Source of the DNA: Ignavibacteriota bacterium
GTDB taxonomy: Bacteria > Bacteroidota > Ignavibacteria > UBA10030 > UBA6906
Direction of reading: 5' to 3'
Length of the DNA: 41,756 nucleotides
Assembly (NCBI GenBank): GCA_031394795.1
Contig: JANNUB010000347.1
Location: forward strand, 1 to 41,756
The notes below the pieces were generated by a model. It was not told where the DNA came from and searched no databases. It saw nothing but the letters and a program-made list of their open reading frames with translations. Shown piece by piece: positions 6,919-15,402 of this stretch. The position numbers and the translations under genes are program-made. Within the stretch, counting starts at the first letter, position 1. Each line of letters opens with the position of its first letter.

Positions 6919-9813
6919 GTGGTAGCTTCATTTGCAGTATTCGGCTTTCTGGCGTTGCAGACACCATTCTGGACGTTTCTTTCGAGCAGCACTGGCGCCC
7001 TGCCCGTGCCAAGCGGCGGCAATCAACAAACAGCCAGCCTTATTCTCGACATTGACAAGAACGGCGTAGATGACTTTGTTCTCGCCGATAGGTCGGGAAC
7101 AACGTCGCTTGTTTGGTTTCGACGCACAAGCGCCGGGTGGACGCAGTATATCATTGACAACACGCATCTCAACATCGAGGCAGGCGGAGCATACCACGAT
7201 ATTGACAACGACGGCGATCTCGATATCGTCATGGGAGGCGACTATCAGAGCAATCAAATCTGGTGGTGGGAAAATCCTTTCCCAACCTACGGAGTTTCCA
7301 CGCCGTGGACGCGGAGACTGATCAAAGACGGTGGCTCGAATACTCATCACGATCAAATGTTCGGCGATTTCGACGGCAACGGCAAAGCGGAACTCGTCTT
7401 CTGGAATCAAGGGTCTAACACGTTGAACAAAGCGGACATTCCCGCGAATCCGCTTGTGACATCGCCCTGGACACTCACGCCAATCTTCACCGGCAACGCA
7501 ATGGAAGGATTGGCGGCAATTGACATGGACAATGACGGCAAGCTCGATATCGTCGGCGGCGGGCGATGGTTCAAACATGTTTCCGGAACGACCTACTCTG
7601 TCGAAGTCATTGACGACGCTCAGCGTTTCACGCGTGCGGCGGCGGGACAATTGAAGATCGGGGGCAGACCCGAAGTGGTGTTCGCGCCCGGCGACGCGGA
7701 CGGACGGATGAAAGTGTACGAGTGGAACGGCAGCGCGTGGAACGGAACGGACTTGCTCGGTCTCGACGTCATTCACGGCCATTCGATGCAAATCGAAGAT
7801 ATCAATCGCGATGGATGGCTCGATATCTTCAACGCGGAGATGCGGCTTGGCGGCGGCAACACCACCTCCAAGATCCGCATCTTGTACGGCAATGGGAACG
7901 GCGGCTTCACGCTCAGCAACGTAGCGACTGGAAGCAATGATCACGAATCGCGTCTCGGCGATCTGGACGGCGACGGCGACTTTGATATTCTGAGCAAGCC
8001 GTACGACTGGAACTCTCCGCGCATCGATGTGTATCTCCAGAATGGTTCGGACGTGCTTCCTCCCTATTCGCTCAATGTTTGGCGCCGCCACGTCATTGAT
8101 CCCAATAAACCGTGGCGCGCCGTGTTCATCTCCGCTGCGGATATGGATAATGATGGAAGAAAAGATGTGATCACCGGGGGATGGTGGTACAAAAATCCCG
8201 GTGATACGACAGCGAATTGGGCGCGCAACACGATCGGGCTGCCGATGAAGAACATGGCATGCGTTTATGATTTCGATAACGACGGGGCGATGGATGTGCT
8301 CGGAACGAAAGGCGAAGGAGCCGAGACGAACGCGGAATTTGTTTGGGCGAAGAACAATGGAAGCGGATCATTCACGATTCTCACAAACGTCCCAAACGGG
8401 GAAGGGGACTTTTTGCAGGGTGTTGCAGCTGCACGGTTTCAACCCGGCAATACGCTCGAGGTCGCGCTCTCATGGCACGAAGCCAGCCGCGGCATACAAA
8501 TGCTGACCGTCCCCGCAAACCCGGCGACCACTGCGTGGACATGGAGAAGAATCTCGACCGTATCGCAAGACGAACAGCTCAGCGCGTTCGACGCGGAACG
8601 CAACGGCACGGTTGACCTGATGATGGGAACGAAATGGCTGCGCAACGACGGAACCGCGTGGACCGACTACACCCTCAACACAACCTCCGGCGATCCCGAC
8701 CGCAACAGGATAGCGGACATCAATCGCGATGGAAGGCTCGACGTCGTCGTCGGCTTCGAAGCGATTAGCGTCGCGGGAAAACTCGCGTGGTATGAGCAGC
8801 CCTCCTTGCCGACGGGAACGTGGGCGGAGCACGTTATTTCAACAACGGCCATCAGTCCAATGAGTCTTGATCTCGCCGACATGGATCACGACGGCGACAT
8901 TGACGTCGTCGTTGGCGAGCACAATACGAACGATCCAGCGAACGCGCGGCTGCTGCTCTTCAAGAATACCGACGGCGCGGGCGGCTCGTGGAGTGAGAGC
9001 ATCATCCACACCGGCGATGAGCATCACGATGGCGCGCAGACTGTTGATCTGGACAACGACGGCGACCTCGACATCATCTCTATTGGATGGAACAACGCGG
9101 CTGTGGTCTGGTATGAAAACAAAACCACGAATCCTGTCCTGCTGCCGATTCAATTGGCAATCTTCACAGCCCATGCGCTGAACCGGCAGATGGTGCTCGT
9201 GGAGTGGGCGACGGTTTCCGAAACAAGCAACTACGGATTTTTCGTGCAAAGAAAAACCTCAGCCGAGGGGCAGTTCACCGATCTTCCGAACAGTTTTGTT
9301 GCCGGGCATGGAACGACGACGGAACCGCATTATTATTCCTTCGTTGATTCGAATGCGTCCGGAATTCTCCTCTTCTATCGCTTGAGACAAGTGGATCTTG
9401 ACGGGACAGAGCATTTTACGGATCCCGTTCAGGTGAGCCGGACAACAGACGTTGATGACGAAAATGCACCCCGCGAGTTCTCATTGTCACAGAATTATCC
9501 CAACCCGTTCAACCCAACAACGAATTTGTCATTTGTCATTGGTCATTCGTCATTCGTGTCGTTGAAAGTGTTCGATGTGCTGGGGCGGAAGGTGGCAACG
9601 CTGGTCAATGAAGTGAAAGAGCCGGGAGAGTACGCTGTGCAATTTGACGCCAGTTCCGCCTTGCCGGGCGCCTCTGGCGTATATTTCTACCGGCTCGTCG
9701 CCCACCAAACAGACGGCGGGCAGGCCCACCAAACAGACGGTCGAAGACTCGACTCGTCGAGCGGGCAAGCCGGAAATTTTTCCTCAACAAGAAAGATGCT
9801 GATCATCCGGTAG
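6919..9813 (+). CDS. FG-GAP/VCBS-repeat beta-propeller protein with pre-CTD module and T9SS CTD
   Basis: GTG start. Ten Ca-loop-like repeats: DIDNDGDLDIV, DFDGNGKAELV, DMDNDGKLDIV, DINRDGWLDIF, DLDGDGDFDIL, DMDNDGRKDVI, DFDNDGAMDVL, DINRDGRLDVV, DMDHDGDIDVV, DLDNDGDLDII. Pre-CTD module LPIQLAIFTA..ETSNYGFFVQRK..FYRLRQVDLDG. CTD SQNYPNPFNPTT .. SGVYFYRL .. TRKMLIIR. Confidence 0.85.
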   Translation: MVASFAVFGFLALQTPFWTFLSSSTGALPVPSGGNQQTASLILDIDKNGVDDFVLADRSGTTSLVWFRRTSAGWTQYIIDNTHLNIEAGGAYHDIDNDGDLDIVMGGDYQSNQIWWWENPFPTYGVSTPWTRRLIKDGGSNTHHDQMFGDFDGNGKAELVFWNQGSNTLNKADIPANPLVTSPWTLTPIFTGNAMEGLAAIDMDNDGKLDIVGGGRWFKHVSGTTYSVEVIDDAQRFTRAAAGQLKIGGRPEVVFAPGDADGRMKVYEWNGSAWNGTDLLGLDVIHGHSMQIEDINRDGWLDIFNAEMRLGGGNTTSKIRILYGNGNGGFTLSNVATGSNDHESRLGDLDGDGDFDILSKPYDWNSPRIDVYLQNGSDVLPPYSLNVWRRHVIDPNKPWRAVFISAADMDNDGRKDVITGGWWYKNPGDTTANWARNTIGLPMKNMACVYDFDNDGAMDVLGTKGEGAETNAEFVWAKNNGSGSFTILTNVPNGEGDFLQGVAAARFQPGNTLEVALSWHEASRGIQMLTVPANPATTAWTWRRISTVSQDEQLSAFDAERNGTVDLMMGTKWLRNDGTAWTDYTLNTTSGDPDRNRIADINRDGRLDVVVGFEAISVAGKLAWYEQPSLPTGTWAEHVISTTAISPMSLDLADMDHDGDIDVVVGEHNTNDPANARLLLFKNTDGAGGSWSESIIHTGDEHHDGAQTVDLDNDGDLDIISIGWNNAAVVWYENKTTNPVLLPIQLAIFTAHALNRQMVLVEWATVSETSNYGFFVQRKTSAEGQFTDLPNSFVAGHGTTTEPHYYSFVDSNASGILLFYRLRQVDLDGTEHFTDPVQVSRTTDVDDENAPREFSLSQNYPNPFNPTTNLSFVIGHSSFVSLKVFDVLGRKVATLVNEVKEPGEYAVQFDASSALPGASGVYFYRLVAHQTDGGQAHQTDGRRLDSSSGQAGNFSSTRKMLIIR
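9700..9740. repeat. 24-bp-period direct duplication (gcccaccaaacagacgg x2) within a 69-nt insertion in the CTD of 6919-9813
   Basis: The 17-mer gcccaccaaacagacgg occurs at 9700-9716 and again at 9724-9740, encoding AHQTDGGQ / AHQTDGRR. Confidence 0.9.
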
Positions 9814-9814
9814 C

Positions 9815-11005
9815 ATGACACCGTACACGAACACAAACGCATCCTGCCCGGCGTGCGGCAGCCGCGGGATGTTCATCTTCTACTACGCAGCCAACGTTCC
9901 CGTCCACAGCGTGCTCTTGATGCAGACGCGCGAAGAGGCTCTCGGATATCCGAAGGGACGTATCGAGCTTGGGTTTTGCAACGCGTGTGGTTTCATCAGC
10001 AACACTACATTCGACGCGCAGCTCCATGAGTACTCGTCGCGGTACGAAGCAACGCAAGGCTACTCCGACACCTTCAACAAATTCCACACAGCGCTCGCGC
10101 AGCGGTTGATCGAACGACACGTCCTGCAGGGTAAAACGATCATCGAAATCGGCGGCGACAAAGGGGACTTCCTGACGATGCTCTGCGAGATGGGAAACAA
10201 CCGCGGCATCGGCGTTGACCCCGCGTACGTCCCGGAGCGCAATCCCTCCAACGAGCGCGTGCAGTTCATCAAGGATGTGTATTCCGAGAAATACACCGAC
10301 CTGCAAGGCGATTTCATCGTTTGTAAAATGACGCTCGAACATATTCATCCCGTGGCGGAGTTCGTTGGCATGGTGCGCCGCTCGATCGGCGCAAAGATGG
10401 ACGCGACAATTTTCTTTCAGATTCCGAATGTAACATATGTGCTCCGTGACCTCGCCTTCTGGGACATTTACTACGAGCACTGTTCCTATTTCACCAAAGG
10501 CTCGCTCGCGCGGCTGTTCCGGCGCTGCGGCTTCGATGTCCTGTGCCTTTCAACTGAGTACGACGATCAGTATCTTACCATTGAAGCAAAGCCGTCGCGT
10601 GGAATGGGCAACGGCACGCACGCCGGGGAAGACGATCTCGACGAAGTCCGCTTACTTGTGCATCGCTTCTTGGAAGAATACCCAAAACACCTGCGCCGCT
10701 GGGCCAAAACGATGGAGAACATTCAACAGGAACAGAAGAAAGCCATCATCTGGGGCGCTGGCTCCAAAGGCGTCGCGTTCTTTACGGCGCTCGGCATCTC
10801 AGCCGACGTCATGCCGTACGCCGTTGATATTAACCCACACAAACGTGGAACGTTCATGGCCGGCAGTGGACAAGAGATTGTGATGCCGGATTTCCTGAAG
10901 GAGTATCGCCCCGACGTCGTGATCGTCATGAACCCCATCTACCGGCAGGAGATTCACAACGAGCTGACCGCCCGCGGCATCGCCGCCGAGCTGATCACGA
11001 TGTAG
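9815..11005 (+). CDS. class I SAM-dependent methyltransferase, Zn-ribbon + Rossmann + C-methyltransferase-type C-terminal domain (divergent paralog A)
   Basis: ATG lies 1 nt after the upstream stop. CPACGS ... CNACGF (CxxC..CxxC). SAM motif IIEIGGDKGDFL. LEHIHP. Second nucleotide-fold domain IIWGAGSKGVAFF .. DINPHKRG .. DVVIVMNPIYRQEI. Same architecture as sugar C-methyltransferases but clearly divergent from the canonical tail at 1-573. Confidence 0.8.
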   Translation: MTPYTNTNASCPACGSRGMFIFYYAANVPVHSVLLMQTREEALGYPKGRIELGFCNACGFISNTTFDAQLHEYSSRYEATQGYSDTFNKFHTALAQRLIERHVLQGKTIIEIGGDKGDFLTMLCEMGNNRGIGVDPAYVPERNPSNERVQFIKDVYSEKYTDLQGDFIVCKMTLEHIHPVAEFVGMVRRSIGAKMDATIFFQIPNVTYVLRDLAFWDIYYEHCSYFTKGSLARLFRRCGFDVLCLSTEYDDQYLTIEAKPSRGMGNGTHAGEDDLDEVRLLVHRFLEEYPKHLRRWAKTMENIQQEQKKAIIWGAGSKGVAFFTALGISADVMPYAVDINPHKRGTFMAGSGQEIVMPDFLKEYRPDVVIVMNPIYRQEIHNELTARGIAAELITM

Positions 11006-11009
11006 ATCA

Positions 11010-12677
11010 ATGACCGATTCCCAGTTGAGCAACGATCCCCGCGCGACCACACCTCGTGAAGCGTACATGCAGCACATCGCGAACGCGTTCGTTGCTCTCA
11101 ACTTTCTTCTCATCCTTGGCGTCACGCTTTTCCCGTTCAACTTCACTCCCACAGGCGTCCAAGAGCGATTGAGCGCGATGCTCTCAGGGCGTCTCAGGCT
11201 GCGCGGCATGCTCGACGACATCATCACGAACATCATCCTCTTTATCCCGCTTGGCTACGCGCTCGCGGCATTGGCGCGCCACAGCAGACACAGTTTCCTC
11301 AGCGCCTTGGTCGTTGGCACAATCACAGGGGGAGCATTCTCACTCTTTGTGGAGCTCTTGCAGTTGTATCTCCCGTTCCGGTACTCCTCGTTTGTCGATG
11401 TCACAACAAACTCGCTTGGCACCGCGAGCGGGATAATATTCCATGAGCTTATCGGCGGTACGATCACGCGCCATTTTCGCGCCGCCGTATCCGGAAGGGA
11501 CAGTCGTAAGAGCGCTGCCTGGTTGGCATCCGCGTATGTACTCCAGCTCGGCTTCATTATCACCGTTTCAGGACCGCTGATTTTTTCGCTGCGATTCTAC
11601 GACTGGGATGTGGGCGCGCCACTCGCGCTCGGCAACGACCCTACCGGAACCCATCCCTGGCAGGGAACCATTCAGCGCTTTGCCCTCGCCAATGCGGGCA
11701 TCAGCGAATCCGACGCGCTCGCGAGCTTCCGGTCCGATTCGCTTGTGCATACAAATCCTGCGACGGTCATTGCGGATTATGTTTTTGACGGAGGCTCGCC
11801 CTATCGCGACCGCAGCGGACGTTTGCCCCCTCTTGAGTCTGTCGGGCGCTTCTCTGCCGGAGTTCGTGGCGGAGTTCGTGGCGGAGTTCGTGGCGCGACC
11901 ATCACAGACAGTCACTGGCTGCAAACGGGCGGAGATGCTCACGCGATCGCCTCGGCGTTGAACGCACGGGATCATTTCACTTTCTTCCTCACACTCAGCG
12001 CATCCTCGAACGAACAGACCGGGTTCATCGCGTGCTACGGTCAGAGTGCCGGAGAAGTGAACCTGACACTCTCGCAGCAAGGCAGCGATCTCGGCATCGG
12101 CTTCCGAGCGATGACCACGGGACTTGCAGCAGACATGCCATCATTCGTGGTAAGCGATGTGTTCACCGATAGCCGTGTCCATACGCTCATCATTTCGTTT
12201 TCCAACTTCGAGCTGAACGTGTACGTTGACTCGCCATCGCGCTTGCACAACCTCACGCTCGGCCCCGGACTCGGGATGTTCAACCGTTTTCTTCCGTCCC
12301 ATCACACACTCGATATCACCTCGCGGTTTGCGCATCTCAACGAATGGTTGTTTCTGAGCTTCGCGTTCATTCCGCTTGGCTGTCTGCTTGGTTTCGCGCT
12401 GCAAGGCTTGCGCCACAGCGGGTGGGCTGCGCGATTCGTTGCCGTCGCGGGAGTTGTCATCCCGCCGGTTGTGCTCGAGCGTCTCTCCATGGAGATCGCC
12501 CGGCGGGAGATGAACGCGAACACCATCGTTATCGGCGTCTGTCTCATGGCGGCGTCCTGCGCGGCTGTTTTGTTCGTAAGCGCATGGCGGCTCAAAGCGG
12601 CGTCGGGCAAGAACAGAAATTCGGTTGACGAGAGAGAACCACTTTTCAATAGTCGGGAATTTCACGGCAACGTTTGA
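11010..12677 (+). CDS. VanZ-family membrane protein fused to a LamG/ConA-like jelly-roll domain and C-terminal TM segments
   Basis: Starts 4 nt after the upstream stop. N-terminal TM helices carry the VanZ hallmark ELLQLYLPFRYSSFVDVTTNSLGTASG (E..Q...P.R..S..D...N..G). The central ~300 aa are beta-rich (HFTFFLTLSAS..GFIACYG..VNLTLSQQGSDLGIGF..HTLIISFSNFELNVYVD), typical of LamG-like jelly rolls. The C-terminal hydrophobic segments are FLSFAFIPLGCLLGFAL, VAVAGVVIPPVVL and IVIGVCLMAASCAAVLFV. Confidence 0.75.
   Translation: MTDSQLSNDPRATTPREAYMQHIANAFVALNFLLILGVTLFPFNFTPTGVQERLSAMLSGRLRLRGMLDDIITNIILFIPLGYALAALARHSRHSFLSALVVGTITGGAFSLFVELLQLYLPFRYSSFVDVTTNSLGTASGIIFHELIGGTITRHFRAAVSGRDSRKSAAWLASAYVLQLGFIITVSGPLIFSLRFYDWDVGAPLALGNDPTGTHPWQGTIQRFALANAGISESDALASFRSDSLVHTNPATVIADYVFDGGSPYRDRSGRLPPLESVGRFSAGVRGGVRGGVRGATITDSHWLQTGGDAHAIASALNARDHFTFFLTLSASSNEQTGFIACYGQSAGEVNLTLSQQGSDLGIGFRAMTTGLAADMPSFVVSDVFTDSRVHTLIISFSNFELNVYVDSPSRLHNLTLGPGLGMFNRFLPSHHTLDITSRFAHLNEWLFLSFAFIPLGCLLGFALQGLRHSGWAARFVAVAGVVIPPVVLERLSMEIARREMNANTIVIGVCLMAASCAAVLFVSAWRLKAASGKNRNSVDEREPLFNSREFHGNV
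11859..11894. repeat. 12-bp tandem repeat (ggagttcgtggc) x3, in frame (GVRG x3) in the VanZ/LamG gene
   Basis: Read directly at 11859-11870, 11871-11882 and 11883-11894. Encodes SAGVRGGVRGGVRGA. Confidence 0.95.
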
Positions 12678-12681
12678 TCGC

Positions 12682-13833
12682 ATGGCATCGCTGGAGAGAT
12701 ATTGCCCCGTATGTTCGTCCGCGGGAATTGAATTCTTCTTTGAGATGAACGGCCTACCGGTCTTCTGCAACGTGCTGCACACGTCGCGGGAAGATGCGCT
12801 CAACGCGCCGCGCGGCGACATGAAGCTCGGCTTCTGCCGCGCGTGCGGACACATCTACAACTACGCGTTCGATCCCGCTCTGATGAACTACACCCAGTCG
12901 TACGAAAACTCCCTCCACTTCTCGCCGGTCTTTCAGCGATACGCGGAAGAACTCGCTGCCAATCTGATTCAGCGATACAATCTCCGCAACAAAAGCATCG
13001 TCGAGATCGGATGCGGCAAAGGGGACTTTCTCAAACTGCTCTGCGATGAGGGGGAAAACGAAGGAACCGGATTCGATGCGAGCTACCAGCCCGAGTTGTT
13101 GCAGCGGCGCGAACGCCTCCGAGTTATTCAGGACTCTTACTCCGCAAAGTATGCGCATCTCGCGACCGACTTTGTGGTGTGCCGACACGTTCTCGAGCAC
13201 ATCGCATCGCCACGGGAATTTGTCGAAAACATTCGCGGCGCGCTCGGCAGCCAGCCGGCGCTCTACTTTGAAGTGCCGAACGCTCTCTGGACTCTGCGGG
13301 ATTTGGGCGTGTGGGATTTGATCTACGAGCATTGTTCATACTTCACGCCCCACTCGCTCGTCCGTCTTTTCACCGAAGCGGGATTCGGCGTTCTCAATAT
13401 CGCCGAGCGTTACAATGGACAATTTCTCGGCATCGAGCTTACGCCCGGCGTTTCTGCCGTAACGCAAGGCGCCAGTGTTGAAGGCGATTCGCTCGCCAAA
13501 CTTGTTCTCGCGTTTGCAGAAAACTATCGCTCAAGAGTCGAATCATGGCAAAAGCGATTCGCGCAGATCGGGTGGGAGGGTAAGCGCATCGTCGTTTGGG
13601 GAGGCGGCTCGAAGGGTGTAACATTCTTGAACGTGATGCGAGCCGGCATCGAGTTTATGATAGACATCAATCCGCGTAAACAGGGAATGTACGTTGCCGG
13701 CACCGGACAGCAGATCGTTTCTCCGGAATTTCTCCGAACATACGCCCCTGATCTCGTCATTGTCATGAACCCCATCTACATGGATGAAATCCGGACGATG
13801 CTGCCCACGCACTCCGAGATTGCCGTCGCGTAA
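12682..13833 (+). CDS. class I SAM-dependent methyltransferase, Zn-ribbon C-methyltransferase-type (divergent paralog B)
   Basis: The ORF is open from 12625, but ATG 12682 (MASLERYCPVCSS) lies 4 nt after the upstream stop at 12677. CPVCSS ... CRACGH. IVEIGCGKGDFL. LEHIASP. VVWGGGSKGVTFL .. DINPRKQG .. DLVIVMNPIYMDEI. Colinear with 9815-11005. Confidence 0.8.
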   Translation: MASLERYCPVCSSAGIEFFFEMNGLPVFCNVLHTSREDALNAPRGDMKLGFCRACGHIYNYAFDPALMNYTQSYENSLHFSPVFQRYAEELAANLIQRYNLRNKSIVEIGCGKGDFLKLLCDEGENEGTGFDASYQPELLQRRERLRVIQDSYSAKYAHLATDFVVCRHVLEHIASPREFVENIRGALGSQPALYFEVPNALWTLRDLGVWDLIYEHCSYFTPHSLVRLFTEAGFGVLNIAERYNGQFLGIELTPGVSAVTQGASVEGDSLAKLVLAFAENYRSRVESWQKRFAQIGWEGKRIVVWGGGSKGVTFLNVMRAGIEFMIDINPRKQGMYVAGTGQQIVSPEFLRTYAPDLVIVMNPIYMDEIRTMLPTHSEIAVA

Positions 13834-13846
13834 CGCCCCAGATTGC

Positions 13847-14989
13847 TCACTTCATCGCTTCTTCCAAATCCGCAATGATATCATCCACATCTTCGATGCC
13901 GACGGAGATTCTCACCAAGCCGTCGGTAACCCCGATGCGTGCTCGCTGATCCGGAGGAATCGCTGCGTGTGTCATCGTCGCGGGATGCGTGATGATGGTT
14001 TCAACGCCTCCTAAACTTTCCGCCAACGCGCAGAGTTTGACTCGCTTCAGAAAGTTTTTTGCAGCACCCAAACTCCCAAGCTCTAACGAGATCATTCCGC
14101 CGAAACCGCGCATCTGTTTCTTCGCAAGCTTGTATTGCGGATGTTCGGAAAGTCCGGGGTAATACACTCTCTTCACCTTCCGCTGCTTCCTCAGCCACCG
14201 CGCGACGCGCATCGCATTTGCGCAGTGCTGTTCCATCCGAACCGCAAGAGTCTTTGTGCCGCGCAGGCAAAGCCACGCATCGAACGGACTGAGAATTCCG
14301 CCGACCGCTTTTTGAAGGAACCTCAGTTTCTCAGCGACCGCGTCGCTGTTCGTAACAATGAATCCGCCAAGCATGTCGCTGTGTCCGTTCAAGTACTTCG
14401 TCAAACTGTGCACGACAATGTCGAAACCGTAATGGATCGGCTGCTGCAAATACGGCGTCGCGAACGTGTTGTCAACGACGGAAATCAGTTTATGCTTCTT
14501 CGCGATCTTCGCCGCGCCGCGCAAATCCGTAATTTCCATCGTCGGGTTCGTCGGCGTTTCGATGAAAAGCATTTTCGTGTTCGTCTTCAGCGCTCGCTCG
14601 ATGTTCATCAAGTCCGTCGTGTCAACGAAATCGAATTGCAAGCCGTATTCTTCCCACACCATCTTCGCGATGCGATACGTCCCGCCGTACACATTCCACG
14701 ACATCACAACATGGTCGCCGGGTTTGAGCAAATGCATGATTGCATCCACCGCCGCCGTGCCCGAACCGAATGCCATGCCGTGCTTCCCATTCTCCAGCGC
14801 GGCGATGTTTAGCTCAAGTGCCGTACGCGTCGGATTTGAAACGCGGGAGTATTCGTAGCCTTTGTTCTTGCCGAGTTCCTCTTGCACATACGTTGAAGTA
14901 AGAAACACAGGCGTCATAATCGCGCCCGTCGTTGGTTCAGCAGGTTGACCTGCGTGAATTGCTTTGGTGGAAAAACCGTGATGTTTCAT
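13847..14989 (-). CDS. PLP-dependent trans-sulfuration enzyme (cystathionine gamma-lyase / gamma-synthase family)
   Basis: Full-length match to the Cys/Met-metabolism PLP family: AIHAG, SNPTR, FETPTNP-like IETPTNPTM, DNTFATPYLQ, and the lysine motif HSLTKYLNGHSDMLGG. Proximity to cystathionine beta-synthase favours gamma-lyase (reverse trans-sulfuration), but that sub-call is inference. Confidence 0.85.
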   Translation of the reverse strand: MKHHGFSTKAIHAGQPAEPTTGAIMTPVFLTSTYVQEELGKNKGYEYSRVSNPTRTALELNIAALENGKHGMAFGSGTAAVDAIMHLLKPGDHVVMSWNVYGGTYRIAKMVWEEYGLQFDFVDTTDLMNIERALKTNTKMLFIETPTNPTMEITDLRGAAKIAKKHKLISVVDNTFATPYLQQPIHYGFDIVVHSLTKYLNGHSDMLGGFIVTNSDAVAEKLRFLQKAVGGILSPFDAWLCLRGTKTLAVRMEQHCANAMRVARWLRKQRKVKRVYYPGLSEHPQYKLAKKQMRGFGGMISLELGSLGAAKNFLKRVKLCALAESLGGVETIITHPATMTHAAIPPDQRARIGVTDGLVRISVGIEDVDDIIADLEEAMK

Positions 14990-15074
14990 TCATTCTCTCA
15001 TTGATTGCGGATTGCGAATTGGTGATTGTCCGAAGGAACCCTTCGGAGCGGATTATCGGCGATTGGATTTCGCG

Positions 15075-15402
15075 GTTTTCCCCTGATGCAGTGAAGATTG
15101 CCGTGAGTTCGTTCGCCTCTTTCAATAAAGCCGAGAGTCGTTCTTTTCTCATCTATCCTGATTCATCGAGCAGAGAATCAGGATTACTTAAAAATAAAAA
15201 TGCGACTGGAGATGAGGCATATACCTCTCGTGAAGACGCTTGGCGACTTCTTCCAGACGCTAAGAAAATATGAACAACAAATCGTTGGCAATCAAGGATG
15301 GTTCTCTTTTGGATTGGTGCCCTCATGCCGTTGCCTATGGAGTTCAATCTTCATCTCGACGAACTGGCTTTCCTTTGGCGTTGGTTGAAGGAATTCTTCC
15401 AC
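15075..15402 (-). pseudogene. decayed four-helix-bundle protein gene (23S rRNA intervening-sequence protein family, PF05635-like), frameshifted
   Basis: Minus-strand translation shows family-like pieces split over three frames: ..FLQPTPKESQF..HEGTNPKEN (frame 1, then a stop); ..QRFVVHIFLASGRS..EVYAS (frame 2; compare the F..FL.IA.GS..E pattern); KERLSALLKEANELTAIFTAS (frame 3, typical C-terminal helix). No intact ORF. Recognition from memory only. Confidence 0.35.

Noticed and set aside
6928-8091. 387-aa ORF antisense to the FG-GAP gene. Similar long shadow ORFs lie at 2221-3246 (-), 9803-10480 (-), 12141-12854 (-), 14135-14812 (+), 19109-19921 (-), 20378-21274 (-), 24481-25608 (-), 30847-31443 (+) and 36064-36909 (+).
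   Set aside because: Each lies entirely opposite a gene with strong family motifs. Their translations are Arg/Pro/His-rich low-complexity strings with no recognisable motifs, and stop-poor antisense frames are expected at this G+C content.
586-9813. A diversity-generating retroelement or other targeted hypervariation between the tandem paralogs and the repeated pre-CTD modules.
   Set aside because: No reverse transcriptase or template/variable repeat pair is present. Differences between paralogs are spread over all codon positions and bases rather than concentrated at adenine-templated sites.
12625-12681. Upstream extensions offered by the ORF track: 12625 for the second methyltransferase paralog, 5168 for the CTD-less paralog, 19121 for plsY, 21066 for the OMP, 28134 for the lipoprotein, and 31 for the first gene.
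   Set aside because: The extensions overlap the preceding gene or add residues with no family similarity. Internal starts (12682, 5201, 19226, 21081, 28071) give canonical N-termini, signal peptides or a lipobox. The first gene is open to base 1, so it is truncated rather than starting at 31.
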